A stretch of DNA of 64,000 bases from assembly GCF_009834535.1 (NCBI RefSeq), contig NC_045697.1:60948001-61012000 (forward strand), read 5' to 3'. How positions within the stretch are numbered: position 1 is the stretch's first letter; the number at the start of each line of letters is the position of its first letter. Source of the DNA: Camelus ferus. Lineage: Eukaryota. Under the pieces are notes generated by a model. The model did not search any database. It saw only the letters and a list, made by a program, of their open reading frames with translations, and was not told the DNA's origin. Shown here piece after piece: positions 27,120 through 39,994 of this stretch. The position numbers were made by a program, and so were the translations under genes.

Positions 27120-27575
27120 CTTCTGTTTGAATCCTCCAAAAAGGTGATACTAAGTCAGGAATAGATGCACAAGAAATTGATTGGGAAAGCTTCTGTGAAG
27201 GAGAAAGAGGAGGAAGCCAGAGAAGGCAAGAAGAGCCTTCAAACTGTAATGCAGATCTGACTCTTGCTAAGGGGAGATGGAAGGAGGGAGAATTGAGTAG
27301 GAAGAGTCCCCAATGTGACTCAGTTCTTGGAAAGGTTTGGCTAGTCTGATGGAGAGTTGTTGAACCAAAATCTTCCATTAAAGGGGCCTTCTAGGAATGG
27401 GCCTCTATTAAAACTCTGATGATGCTCGTTTGTTGGCTGGGAGCTGAAGAGACATAGGGAGAGAACAGGAGGCCAGAAGTATTGTCAGACGTTGCTAGAA
27501 AAGGGCAGCAATGTAAACATTAGTCAATTATGTGCTGATCTGCAAGAGATCTGAGCAGTGCATTTTCATGGCCAA
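27120..27575 (-). mobile_element. LTR16-like ERVL LTR
   Basis: GAGCCTTCAAACTGTAATGCAGATCTGAC...GAAAGGTTTGGCTAGTCTGATGGAGAGTT. Confidence 0.65.
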
Positions 27576-27649
27576 AACTTTAAGGAGGTGGTGATGAAGT
27601 TATCTGGGAGTGGAGCGAGGATGACTATGTTGATCTCAGTGTTAAAAAA

Positions 27650-28175
27650 AGGTTGGTCAGAATAGGATTCATTGAAGAAACTGATATCTGAGCAAAGATT
27701 CAAAACAGGAATGGTGTTTGCCAAGTAGGGAAAGAACACTCGTAGACAGAGAAATCCTCAGGTTAAAACCCCTGAGTACAAAATGTCCCCAGCAAGATCC
27801 ACAAGCAACAAGGGTATCAGTATGGCTGGAGCAAAGGTGGTAGGAGAGAGACTGCTGAAGGATATAATGACAGATCATAAAGGACCTTGTACACCATAGT
27901 AAGATTTCAGCTTTTACTCTAGATGAAGGGACCAGGAGGCTAGGACAAATGAGTAAAATGATCTGATTTACATTTTCATTTTTCTGGCTACTGCGTTAAA
28001 ATACAATGTAGAGGTCAAAGGTAGAAGCATGGAGGAACAGTTTGGAAGTTCTTACAAGAATCAAGGCAAGAGAGGATGATGGCTCAGACTAAGGGCCATA
28101 GCTATGGAGGTGGATGGTGAAAAGTGGTAGGATTTTGGACATATTTTGAAGTTAGAACTGACAAGGTGTCCTGAC
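27650..28175 (-). mobile_element. L2 fragment
   Basis: CAGATCATAAAGGACCTTGTACACCATAGTAAGA..; GAAAAGTGGTAGGATTTTGGACATATTTTGAAG. Confidence 0.75.
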
Positions 28176-28381
28176 CCCAGTACACATATCCTTATTCATT
28201 ACATACTACCAAATCAATGTCTTCTTGTCTGTCTCATCTGCTTTTTTTTTTTTCACTGAAATGATAGTGTTTGTATTCATCAATTCACTCATTCAACTAG
28301 CAATGTCTATAAATACTTGTATGAGCCAAATACATTCTTAGATTCTGAGATAGTAAAACATTGTCCTCAGTTTTAAATAAT

Positions 28382-28633
28382 ATCCTAACATACTCATTAT
28401 AGATTACATATAAATGCTATAGATAGATGTAGATATAGATGATATCATATGGATACCTGTATAAAGATATGTAAGATATATCTATATATAGATGTCAGAT
28501 ATATATATAACATCCTAACATATTCCATCCATATAGATTATATATGGATGCTATAGACAGATGTAGATATAGATATAGATGATATGATATGGATACTTAT
28601 ATGTAGATATGTAAGATATATCTACATATGGAT
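28382..28633. repeat. Diverged two-copy tandem duplication (~130-bp period), AT/GATA-rich
   Basis: ATCCTAACATA...ATGCTATAGA.AGATGTAGATATAGAT...AGATATGTAAGATATATCTA occurs from 28382 and again from 28512. Confidence 0.85.
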
Positions 28634-30479
28634 ATACGTGAAAAGATAAAGGTGGAGGTAGAGGTGAAATTAGAGTTACAGATAGAGTTATAGAGGTAAA
28701 GATTGAGATGATAATAACAATGCAAAACCAGATGTGAAGTGTGGAGTGATAGAAGTTTGACTCTGATATGCAAAATATGCAGATATGTCTGCAAAAATGC
28801 AGACAATACAAGTTGTCATTTCCACCTGGGTGAATGGACACAGGATATATTCACACAGAAAATGACAAGAACTGAATTTTTAAAACAGATAGCCAAAAAG
28901 TAATGGTAGAATGGGGAGAAAGAGGACTATGGGCTGATGAGAGAACATAGCAAGCCTTGGGATCAACATGATCAAAGGCATTGAGGCAAGAAGCAACCTG
29001 GGAGGAAGCAAGAGATAAATCCAGAGCTTAGGCAGGAGCCAAATTATGGAGAAACTTGTAGGATACACTGAGGGGTTTAGGTTTATCCTTTAGTTATTTA
29101 CAGAACCAGTGAAGTTTTAGGTAGGGAATTCAAAAAGATAAGAATTATATTTATTAAAAATCTCTTTGGCAGCAAGCAGTATACAGATAAGATTCTGTAA
29201 GAAGTTACAGAAAGTCCAGAACAAAATATATGCTGCTTTCTTTTTTTCTTGAAAGTGATTACAGTCTAGAATGAGAACTGTATGTGTAAACACTTAAAAG
29301 AGAGCATGGTATGTACTAGTGGATATTCTAGACAATCAGTATCTCACAAATAATACTTAAATATGAATATTATATTTATATAATAAGTATTTATGTTATA
29401 TACATATAATACACATACAATTTTTCCAGTAAGGCATAGTAATTCCAAGAAATAAAATAGAAAATCTTATAATAATGACCTTAATGATACTTTTTTAATT
29501 AACAAAAGTAATTATACATTTATTTGAAAATGAGAACTTGAACCTTCAAACAGTTTGTTGAAGTGGCAGATGATTTATGACTTAGGCTGTATCAAAGTAA
29601 TGAAAACACTAGTTAAGATGACCAATACGGTGTTTTTCAGCAACATAAATGCTTTAAAGTCAAACAGATTGATTATATCTGTGATTGCTTTTTCACAGTA
29701 TAAGAAGATAAAGAAACAGAATCTACATGCAGATAGACGCAAAAATTGTAGAACTGCTGGCTTTCATATATTTCTATTTAATGAATCAATTTTTGTGATA
29801 TAAATGGATTGATTGAGCATTAATGTTGAACAAGCCACAAAATCTGGGCTTTAGTTGTGGTTGAATTTGATATTATTTATCCATGTCCATATGGAAAATT
29901 AGGATTACATAAATGATGGATGAATTTTAAATAAGATATTTTCCTAGGTAGAGTCATATTTCTATTATATTTCTTCCATTCTGTCCTTAAAAAAGCATGG
30001 CATTTTAGTTCCAGGAGGAAAAACTAGAGATATTATCCAGAATGTGTGACTTAAAGTGTTCAAATTCTTGAGAATATATTTTTATTCTCCCTCATATTTG
30101 ACAATCTCTTTGAACTTTTCCTTTTTTTCTCCAATAGGCTTTCCTGAATGTTGCTTGAATATCATTCATCCATGCATACAGTAGAATGTTACTAATATCT
30201 ATTATGTTATTATAGGCACTAAGGATACAATGATAACTAAAATATGAAATAATAAATTAAATATGGAATTCATCCTTCTTTTCTTGTGATGGATAAGGAG
30301 AAAACAAATTATTACAAAAAAGCTTAAGAACAGTTGGTGATATAACGTTTTAGAGACTTCTTTTCCTTTTCCTGCACCTTATATATCAGTGTTCCCTTCC
30401 TTTGATAGTCTTTTTTTCTTACTTCGTACACTTATTCCTAGGGAGTGTCATTCAGGAAAGGCTTTAACACCTAAATGTA

Positions 30480-31420
30480 GGGTGCTTTCTACTAAATCTG
30501 TACCCAAATTACAAATATCGCTATCCCTTAGGGAATTCAAATTTAGCCTCTTACAAATGAAATTAAATCTTTAATCTGCTTAATTTCTGTACCCCCTGAT
30601 TCCCCTCAACCCATCACCAACAACCAAATCTGATCTTTCTTCTTTAATTCTTACCGTGATGAATGGCATCATTATACATCAAATGGTTCAAGTTAGAAAT
30701 CTGAGTCATTTTACAGCCTTTCATCTTTCTTCAGCCCTTCAATTTTTCCCTTTCAAATGCAACTAACAACTTAAGTTCTCACAGCTCAAACACTTTAATA
30801 TTTCTATGGTTATTTTTTTATTTCCACTTATTTTAGCCTAGTTCAGAGTCTCTTATTTCCCTCACTGTATTTTTTGCAGAAATCTTTCTTAACTACTGCA
30901 GTATGATCATTTTTAATAACACTTCACCAGCTTGACCTCTATTCAAAACTTCTAGTAGCTTTATGTTACTTGGAGAATAGAAACCTTAATCTCTTTACTC
31001 AGTCTTGTGGTCATTATTTGTCTGCTACAACTGTGCCAATTCTCATCTTTTGTCACTCTATGGCTTAGAATTTATACTTGAGCAATATTGAAATGTTTGC
31101 GTACTAGTGTGTGCACATAATTTGTGTGTTCTACTCTCTTGAAGAACCTTGCCCCTCTTCTGACTAGAGTGTTTCAGCTTCTTCAAAATTATAAGAAACG
31201 TCAGTTTTTGCCTTCTTAAACATGCTCAGGTGGACTTAGGCACTCTTTCTTTTTTCTGTTTCCAAAGCACCTACCACATAAGTGTGATTATATTATGTTG
31301 TAATATAACTGTAAGTTCTATGATAGTAAAAGTGGCTTCTTTCTTTCCAAGAATCATTAAGTCTCAGCTAAAAAAAAAGTGGTATAATCATATAAAGCAT
31401 AAAACTATTTGTTGAGAGAA
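30480..31420 (+). mobile_element. L2 fragment
   Basis: Pyrimidine-rich L2-like sequence (GAATGGCATCATTATACATCAAATGGTTCAAGTTAGAAATCTG) ending TATTTGTTGAGAGAATAAAT. Confidence 0.6.
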
Positions 31421-34400
31421 TAAATAAAATCATCAATGTGGTTTGGTTTCCTTATGAATAGATACCATCTCTAGGGTCCTTGTGTTGCATACTTCATGTC
31501 AGGGCTCAGCCCATGTGCACTTGGTACAGCAGGCTCTCAGTAAGAATGGTTAGATAGCAGTAAGCCAGAGTTCAAGCTTACATCAACTAAGTGTGCAAGC
31601 TTAGTTAGTCATTACTTTTTCTCAAGCCCACATTCCTCTTTTGTAAAATGGGGTTGGTTATCTTTGCCATGCTGACCTCAAATAACTGTCATACAATCCA
31701 AATGAAGTAACAAATATAAAAATATTTAGGAAAGCAATACAAGTCTGTATATGTTTTAAAATATTCTGCCACTGATGTATTTGTCTTTAAAGAGAACTAT
31801 ATCTGAAACATACTGGAGCTATTTGTGTCTCCAGACATATCAGATCTTTGATGTTACAAATTGATGCCTTACAATTGCTACAATAAGAAAAATTCCTCCT
31901 GCAAGAATTTAAAACCACACAAATTAAGATCTTATATTGTTAACAGTGGAAAGGGCAGCCTCCAAATCAAAGTAGAGCCCTGTTTGTGCCACAAATCTAT
32001 ATAACTATATTTTAATGAGAGGTAATTAATTGAAGACACATAATGTTTGAATGTTTTATTCTTGATTTTCCCTTTTACCTAAGGGATGTTCCTTCTAAGA
32101 AGGAAAATAGTTCTGAATGGCACTGAATATTTCAGAATTAGCTCACACACATACATACAGAATAGCAGTTTGTTAAAGATAATGACTTACACCATTTATT
32201 AAGATAATATTTAATAGACATTTACTAGTATAATTATCAACCAAAATGCACTGTATTATATTATATTGAGTACCAATATAGAGTGGGTTTAATTTATATG
32301 GAAATTTTTTCTTGATATATTTAAATCATTCTTCAGTTACAATCTTATTAAATCCTATTTTTTTGTGTTATTTAACTGGAAGTTATTTTTAAAAGTAAAG
32401 TTTCAAAAGATGATGGTCAATTAATAGCTGAAATCCAAATTAAAGACCCCAAATCTTCTAACCTACATAAAGTCACTGAATTACATTTTGTAAACTATGA
32501 CCTATGAGTTTTTTCTGAATTCCAATGTCTTCAAAATAACATTATCTGCAGATCTCTGTCTAATTAGAAATGGCAGTTAATAAAAATTCTTTATATTATG
32601 CCACCAACTACCAATTTATTTCAGTGTTATATTTCAATAAACTGAACCAAGCAAAGATTTTGCCTGCACAGAAGTGGCCTTGCCTATCATGATAAGCAGC
32701 TGAAAAACACACATAAGCTGTTTGAACCCAACAGAATCCATCTGGTGAACCATCTGTGTGAGGACTCACAAAAATTATATCCCATCTGTTGTTTCATTTT
32801 TGCTAAGATTGCCAACTTGTCCTTACTCCATTATCTAACTATTTTTCCCTCCCTGTGGACCTCGTCTGTACATTTGCTTTTATTCCCCATTGGCACCATG
32901 TATCTAATTTCCAAAGCACTCTCCTCGTTCTTGAAGGGAATTAATTTATGCATTTAATTTATGCAACTGAGAATCCAAAAGAATTGCAGTAATATCATAG
33001 TGTTGTTAGAAAATAAGTGCATTATTATAAACACCAATTTCTGCCTGGTGAAACCTAAATATATAACATCTTGCCAAATTAACTAATTTCATGTCAGTAT
33101 AATGTTTAAGTATAATGTTTATCTGATCATCTCTCCCTCCTCTAATCTATTCTCCATTCTACAACATAATATTACTTTCTGAAACATTCCTGTTGTCCCA
33201 TTTCCTCCAGTCAACACCCTCAATGATTTTTCCATATCTCCCAAGATAAACTCCCTTAAGATTTTAGCTCAAGTTCTCAGTTCTTCATAAAAGCTTTCTT
33301 AACTACACCTTGTGGTCATTGTAGGCACAGTCCATACTGGTAATATTCAGTTAGTGCTTCCTCCACTATCTTGATCTATGTTGTCAACATGGTTCTTGCA
33401 TTTACATTTATTTCTTGTATTTTCATTATTTTTCTTGCTGTATGTCTTGTATCCACAAGAGGATATTAAGCTTCAGAGAACTGGGACAATGTTCCAGTTT
33501 GGGTTCTTTAACATGTGCACAAAGAGCCCTGTCTGCTTGAAATATTTTTGTCTAAGGCATGAAAATTTAGTAAGTAACATATTTTGATTCTATTATAGTG
33601 AAGGTAAATTTTAAAAATAAAGAATTATGCTCTCTTTGAGAAACTTCAAAATCTGTGTCTATGGACACCCACTAGAGAGGAAGTGCTACTCTTGGTAAAG
33701 CGTACTTGCTCTGTTTTGACCCAGGCTTCAGAATAAACACCAGCTGCATTTGCTCTGGACTTTTTGAAATGACAGCGTGATCCACATACCTCCTAGAAGT
33801 TAGTCTCTGTTCAACTGTGTAGAGATGAAACTGCATTTTGGGACTTGTCCCAGAATAAGACATGTTTTCATCATGCAAGACCACATCTGAGGCCAAAGAC
33901 CTTAATAGAAAACTATAGTAGTTGATCTCTATCTATGTGTGTCTCTCTCTTTATCTGTATGTAAAGCAGTATACCTTTGTTTCTATATCAACTTAGACCA
34001 CAAGTGTATCAACAGAAAAATACGTGTAGGTGTGAACAGTTATAAATAAATTTAAAAATTATAAAATAGGCTTGGAGTCAATGCATAAGCACAGTTATGA
34101 AGAATAAAGACCTGTGTTTCTAAGTAGAATAAAACCCCACCATCTGAAGACCTGAGAGGAACCACATGCATTCAAAAGGAAAATCAATAGTTTTATGTAT
34201 TCCATTGTGAAACAGCACTCAATTTTCTAAATATGCATATGCCTTGGAAATTAGGAAGAGACATATAAAATCATTACAGCAAGGTTACTGACTTTTTGAA
34301 CAGCAAGAATTATTAAATCACACAAGAAATTACTATGATCACCTACTCAGAGAGGCTTTCCCTGACCACCATCTTTAAAGTAGCATTACCTGTCATTTTC

Positions 34401-35267
34401 TGGTAACTCATTCTTATTATTCTTCATAATATTTATCAAGATATGATTTTTAATTTATTTTTTAAGTTGCTTATCTCTTTGCTGTCTTTCTTGCACTAGA
34501 ATATGAACTTCCTGAGAGTAGAGGCTTCACTTTGTTCCCTTTTGTCCCCACACTTGGCCCAAATACACTTAGTTTTATCTAAGAAATGAGCAACGAGGAT
34601 CCCTGAGGGTGTCGATTTTTTTCTATTTAAGGACCCATCCCAATCCTGTATTCTAAACTCAATTCATACTCCTACTGAGTCACTAGTTCTAAATCCAATT
34701 TAGCTTTTGCCTTAAATTATTTTAAATAACCATGTGAATATTGCTCATATACCCCAGCCTTTCCGGCAGACAGTGGGAATAGCATCACAATAATTAAAAT
34801 CACACATTTCTCCTCTCCATAATACAAAAGATAAGATGTATTCAGCTTCCTGCCAGTAATTTTCTAAACCTCCAGGGTTATGTTGCAAATATGTTTCATG
34901 AACCAATTATTTGAGCCCATCTCCCTCTAACTCCAGGTCTCTGTGATACTGGTGTTGCTTGTTACTCTTAATGACAAAAGCAGGGGCAGTGATGCCACTA
35001 ATCTAATGGAGTCTTCCAAGAGTGACAAGGGCTCTGTCATTGGACTCCATCAAAGGAGACACTCCTGTACCTGTGGTGGTTGCCAGAGCACTGATCCCCA
35101 AGGCTTCTGCCAGAGAGTTGTTTCCATCGATTATCATAATGGAGCTGCTAATGCCCAATATTGAGAGTGCTGACGTTTGTCTTGTTTTCTTGCTGAAATC
35201 AGTGTTGTGTTGTTCTGTTTTGTCTTGTTTTTCCCCAATGTTGTAGAAGTTTCTGACAATGACATAC

Positions 35268-35304
35268 CTGAAGTATATGTGTTCAATTTCTTGAGTAGAT
35301 AATG
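35268..35304 (-). other. Candidate 37-nt internal exon
   Basis: Minus strand: TTCCCTTTGTTCTTTCCAG|CATTATC...ATACTTCAG|GTATGT, a strong acceptor and donor. Confidence 0.4.
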
Positions 35305-35749
35305 CTGGAAAGAACAAAGGGAACTTTTATTTGAAACTCTTCTTTCCTTCCCACGGTCTTGCCTAAGGACTGAGGTATATGTGTCCCTGGCAGCTGGGTG
35401 GAGAGATTAACTAAGAGAGAGCTATGACCCTTTTTCTCTGATCCTGACTCACTATCCTTGAAACAAAACTCTATCACAGTGTTCTTAGTGTGAGTTCTTT
35501 CTCTCAAGGCACCTTGTTCCTTCACCTAAATCTTAGGGTGAATGTAACTTAGTCTCAAGCTGGGATGCCAGCTACAGGAAGTACTGTGACTGAGCAGCAC
35601 GTTGAATCATCAATGAGTTTTAAAGGCTTTTGAGTGCGGTTCAGTATAAAGGGTAAGCATGAAAGGACAGTAGCTGGCAGCCTTCTCAGGAGGAACAATA
35701 TTCAAAGGCACTTTGATGAAAACCTGATTTTTTTTTTTCCTTTTCACAC

Positions 35750-35863
35750 CTGGAGCGAGGCAGCGTAGCTGTGCTACCTGCACACCTCCACGCTGGCCAA
35801 GTCTCACATGCGGCGGCGGCCGGCGTGACCCCAAGGCCGTGGTATCTGGCATGTTTGGGAACT
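35750..35863 (-). other. Candidate first exon of an unidentified transcript
   Basis: Within a ~10-CpG cluster (35757-35873); starts at Inr-like CCAGTTC and ends at CTCCAG|GTGTGA. Confidence 0.45.
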
Positions 35864-36120
35864 GGGGTGTGCGGCATCTTCTTTATTTAAGGAACTGTTA
35901 TGACAGGTCTAGTTTGTCAGGTTGCAAATTCTCAAAACCTGGCACCTGAAGGAGTCTGATTCGTGTTACGGGAAGAGATACACAGTGCATCTAAAAATAA
36001 TAAAATCAACAGAGAATTAGACAGCCTTACAATTTGGTGTCATGACACATTCAGACTACAGGATCGTGCCACCTACTGCTTTCAGACATCTGACAACCCA
36101 CCAGGGATTGGATTAAGGAC
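35860..36120 (-). promoter_or_regulatory. Candidate Pol II promoter
   Basis: TTAAATAAA at 35890-35882, ~27 nt upstream of an Inr match (A at 35863); clustered TGACA/TGTCA motifs, palindrome GTGTCATGACAC (36037-36048), CCAAT and TAATCC near 36105-36114. Confidence 0.45.
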
Positions 36121-36379
36121 TTCCAAGGAAAGATTGGATGCCTCCCCAAGCACCTTATTGGCAAGATATAACCAAAATGTCTGACGACTTCTTAATTTTC
36201 ATACAACCCAGAGACATTTGTAAAATAGAATCATCAAAAAGAAGAAAAAAACTCTAAACATTAACCAACAAAAGATTATATTTAAATATTAAATGCGTCT
36301 TTTTTATACATATGACTTCGTTTTTATTGACTCACTTCCACCTCTTTAGTTGGCTAATACTTATACTAATACTCTAGCA

Positions 36380-36570
36380 TGGATTTGGGGTGATGATGTG
36401 TCTCGTTAGGTTCACTGATTGTAACAAATGTGCCACTCTGGTGGGAGTGCTGATACTGGGGGAGGTATGTGTGTGTGGGAGCAGGGAAGACACTGAAAAT
36501 CTCCGTACCTTCCTCCTAATTTTGCTGTCAACCTAAAACTGCTCTAAAAAATCAAGTCTATTTAAAAATA
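36380..36570 (+). mobile_element. L1MB/MC 3' terminal fragment
   Basis: TAGGTTCACTGATTGTAACAAATGTGCCACTCTGGTGGG...AACCTAAAACTGCTCTAAAAAAT. Confidence 0.8.
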
Positions 36571-37761
36571 AATTAGAATACAACATGGCAAAAAAAAAAA
36601 AAAACCTCTATCAGCCAAATAAAGACATTTTCTCATCCTTGTTTCCAAAGAAAACCAAAGCATGTGACTGGAATGTGCATTTTTATTCAACATTTTTGTA
36701 TGCAAGGTGTGAAAGGGTTCTTTCTAGATTTTTAAGGCAGGGGAAATTAAGAACTAAGATAAGAGTTATACCACAGGAAATATATGACATTCAAAAATCT
36801 ACAACACTCTTACATGTTTGAGGGGTCATCCATATAATGTTATATTCTCACAGTCAAAAGTAGAAAATGGACCATTAAACTGGTGCTCTGTAAAAAAGTG
36901 CTCAGTATATCTGGCATACTCTATTTTGCAGTTTATTTGAAAGTACTTTTAGAGTTACTTCCCATGCTTTAATGGGATATAAAAGCATAAGCCTGTCAGG
37001 GAAGCGTAGTGTGATGTCATATAATTGTTAGGTGGATCAGCATTGTCAATGACTTTATTTGAACTTTATCGATTCACCTTATATTACTTATATACTCTGG
37101 TCCACATAATGTATTTAGCTGTCAAGTTGCAGTAGCTACCAAACAACCAAATTTTATAATAACTCTGCCTCGTGGTTTGAGAGAGAGTAAAAATGTAGTG
37201 GAAGAGGCAACTGCCATAATTATATGGTCATTAGTTCATATCTAGCTGTCTCTTGACATTGCTCTCGTACCCAGGCATTTCCCCAAGTAAACTCCTGCCT
37301 CTCCTTTCCAGAAATTGAAATAGATTCTCCAAATTCCTCCCGATTTTATTTCCAGTTAAGGTGTTAAATGTCGAGAGTTTAGTTAAAATACATAAATACT
37401 AGTTGACTGTTTATTAGGTGTCAAGCTACATGGATGCAACTGTGACTTATAGATTATACAAGTACATGAGGAGTTACAGTATGATGAGGAAAAGACACAC
37501 AAAGCAACATAAAAATGCAATAAGAAAGTACTGAATGTACTAAATGTTCTGAGAAAGAAGTTAATTTTCAAATTGAAGAGCTTTAATATAAGCTCCCAGA
37601 AAAGTGTCTATCACAAAGTATATGTTCACTAAAAGTTAAATAATAATAAAATTATTATTATTAAGTATATCATTATATAGTTTATATGATACCTGGATAG
37701 CAGAGATCAATCACTTGCCATTAAAAGCATTACTTTTAGCTAGGGTTTAACATTAAAAAAA

Positions 37762-37877
37762 TTGGGGGGGGTGGTAATTAAGTTTATTTGTTTGTTTGTT
37801 TTAATAGAGGTATTGGGATCAAACCAGGACCTCGTGCATGCTAAGCATGCACTCTACCACTAAGCTATACCCTCCCC
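37762..37877 (-). mobile_element. tRNA-derived SINE, camelid Vic-1-like
   Basis: Reverse complement begins GGGGAGGGTATAGCTTAGTGGTAGAGTGCATGCTTAGCATGCACGAGGTCCTGG; same family as 18634. Confidence 0.9.
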
Positions 37878-38633
37878 TCAATTTTTGTCTATTAATATTT
37901 TTGGAAATAATTTATTAGATAAAATAGTTTAAAACTGCTAGCTGAATCCCAGCATTTGCCTCTCCCAGTGACAATGTCCATGCTCTTTTAGTGGTATGTG
38001 AGAACATACTTTTTTCACTTAAAATTCCACTACTGCTAGGCTTTTTTTTAAAATCTCAGATGTGTATTTTGGGATTTGGAATTTCCATTTCTCTACCTAA
38101 GTGATCTGTCATCTTAAAAACAAAACTATCACTTGTCTGTGACATATTTTAATCATTTTTTAAATGCAGTGTAATATATTTAAAATGTTCAAATGGATAG
38201 GTAGGTTATAGAATCTGAATTTAATGGCTTATGGTATTTAACATTTTTCTAGGAGTGGTTTCCAGTGTGCTGATATTCAGTCTTAGATAACATGTAGAAT
38301 TAGAAATTAGAATTTGCTCTTTTGAGATCATAGTAACATTTGAATTAAAATTTTAATCCAAATGAAATTCTTTAAATTTCATGATTAAAAGGGGCTTTAA
38401 GAATAAATATTTGTTGGCATATTTAAAATCATGAGATAAAAATTATTTTAAGTCAGAAAACATGTCAGTAAGTATATGATGTTCCCAGAAGTTACATTTT
38501 ACAACTATTAGATGCTATGATGAAATGGGATTTTGTACTAATTCCTCTCTACGCAATCTTAAAACCTTCAGCTCTTCAATGCATACAGACTCATAGGCAG
38601 TATACCATTGCTTTCTGTTCCACTATTATTTGC

Positions 38634-39268
38634 TTTTTTTATTGAAGTATAGTTGATGTATGATATTATGTGTTATTGGTGTACAATATGATTCACAGTT
38701 TTTAAATGGTTATACTCCATTTATAGTTATTATAGAATATTGGCAGTATTCCTTGTGTTGTACAATATTTCCTTATAGCTTAGTTTATACATAATAGTTT
38801 GTACCTTCTAATACCCTACCCCAACACTGCCCCTCCCCCTTCCCTGTCCTCACTGTAACCACTAGTTTGTTCTCTATATCTGTGAGTCTGTTTCTTTTTT
38901 GTTATATTCACTAGTTTGTTGTATATTTTAGATTCTACATATGATTTATATCATACAATATTTGTCTTTCTCTGCCTGACTTATTTCACTTAGCATAATA
39001 GCCACCAAGTCCATTCATGCTGTTGTAAATGGCAAAATTTCATTCCTCTTTATGGCTGAGTAGTATTCCATTATGTGTGTGGGTATATATACACACACAC
39101 ACACACAAAAAAATACTTAGAGGCTATTATACTTATATATATTATACATATCACATCTTCTTCATCCATTCATCTGTTGGTGGACACTTAGGTTCCTTCC
39201 ATATCTTGGCAATTGTAAATAATGCTGCTATGAGTATTGGGGTGCATGAATATTTTTGAATTAGTGCT
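38634..39268 (-). mobile_element. Lineage-specific L1 3' end (non-inverted part)
   Basis: Poly-T + TATTGAAGTATAGTTGAT...; minus translation CTPILIAALFTIAKIWKEPKCPPTDEW. Confidence 0.9.
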
Positions 39269-39950
39269 TTTTCCTCTAAAATCAGGAATCTAGGACAAGG
39301 AGGCTCACTCTCACTACTTTTATTTAATATAGTATTGGAAGTCCTAGCCACAGCAATCAGAGAAGAAAAGGACACAAAAGGAATCCAAATTGGAAAGGAG
39401 GAAGTAAAACTCACTGTTTGCAGATGACATGATGCTATACATAGAAAATCCTAAAGGCACTACCAGAAAACTACTAGAGCTCATCAATTAATTCAGTAAA
39501 ATTGCAGGACACAAAATTACTATACAGAAAACTGTTACATTTCTATACAACAGCAATGAACTATCAGAAAGAGAAATTAATGAAACAATCCCATTTACCA
39601 ACGCATCAAAAAGAATAAGAAACCTCAGAATAAACCTACCTAAGGAAGTAAAAGATCTGTTCTCCAGAAATGCTAAGACACTTATGAAAGAAATTGAAGC
39701 AACACAAGCAGATGGAAAGCTATATTGTTTTCCTGGATTGAAAGAATTAGTATTGTTTAAATGGTTATACCACCGAAGGCACTCTACAGATTCAATGTAA
39801 TCCCTATCAAAATATCAATGGCATTTTTCACAGAACTGGAACAAATAATCTTAAAATTTGTATGGAAACACAAAAGACCCTGAAGAACCAAAACAATCTT
39901 GGGAAAGAAGAACAGAGCTGGAGGAATCATGCTGCCTGACTTCAGACTAT
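39269..39950 (+). mobile_element. L1 ORF2 RT segment (inverted part)
   Basis: Plus strand encodes [16 protein letters not shown]...LFADDMMLY...GGIMLPDFRL with frameshifts. Confidence 0.92.
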
Positions 39951-39994
39951 ATTTAGTTTTTAATAACATTAAGAATTATCTTTCTGAGCAAGTA

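Noticed and set aside
28551..28841. Overlapping Ile/Tyr-rich ORFs
   Set aside because: Low-complexity AT/GATA duplication sequence.
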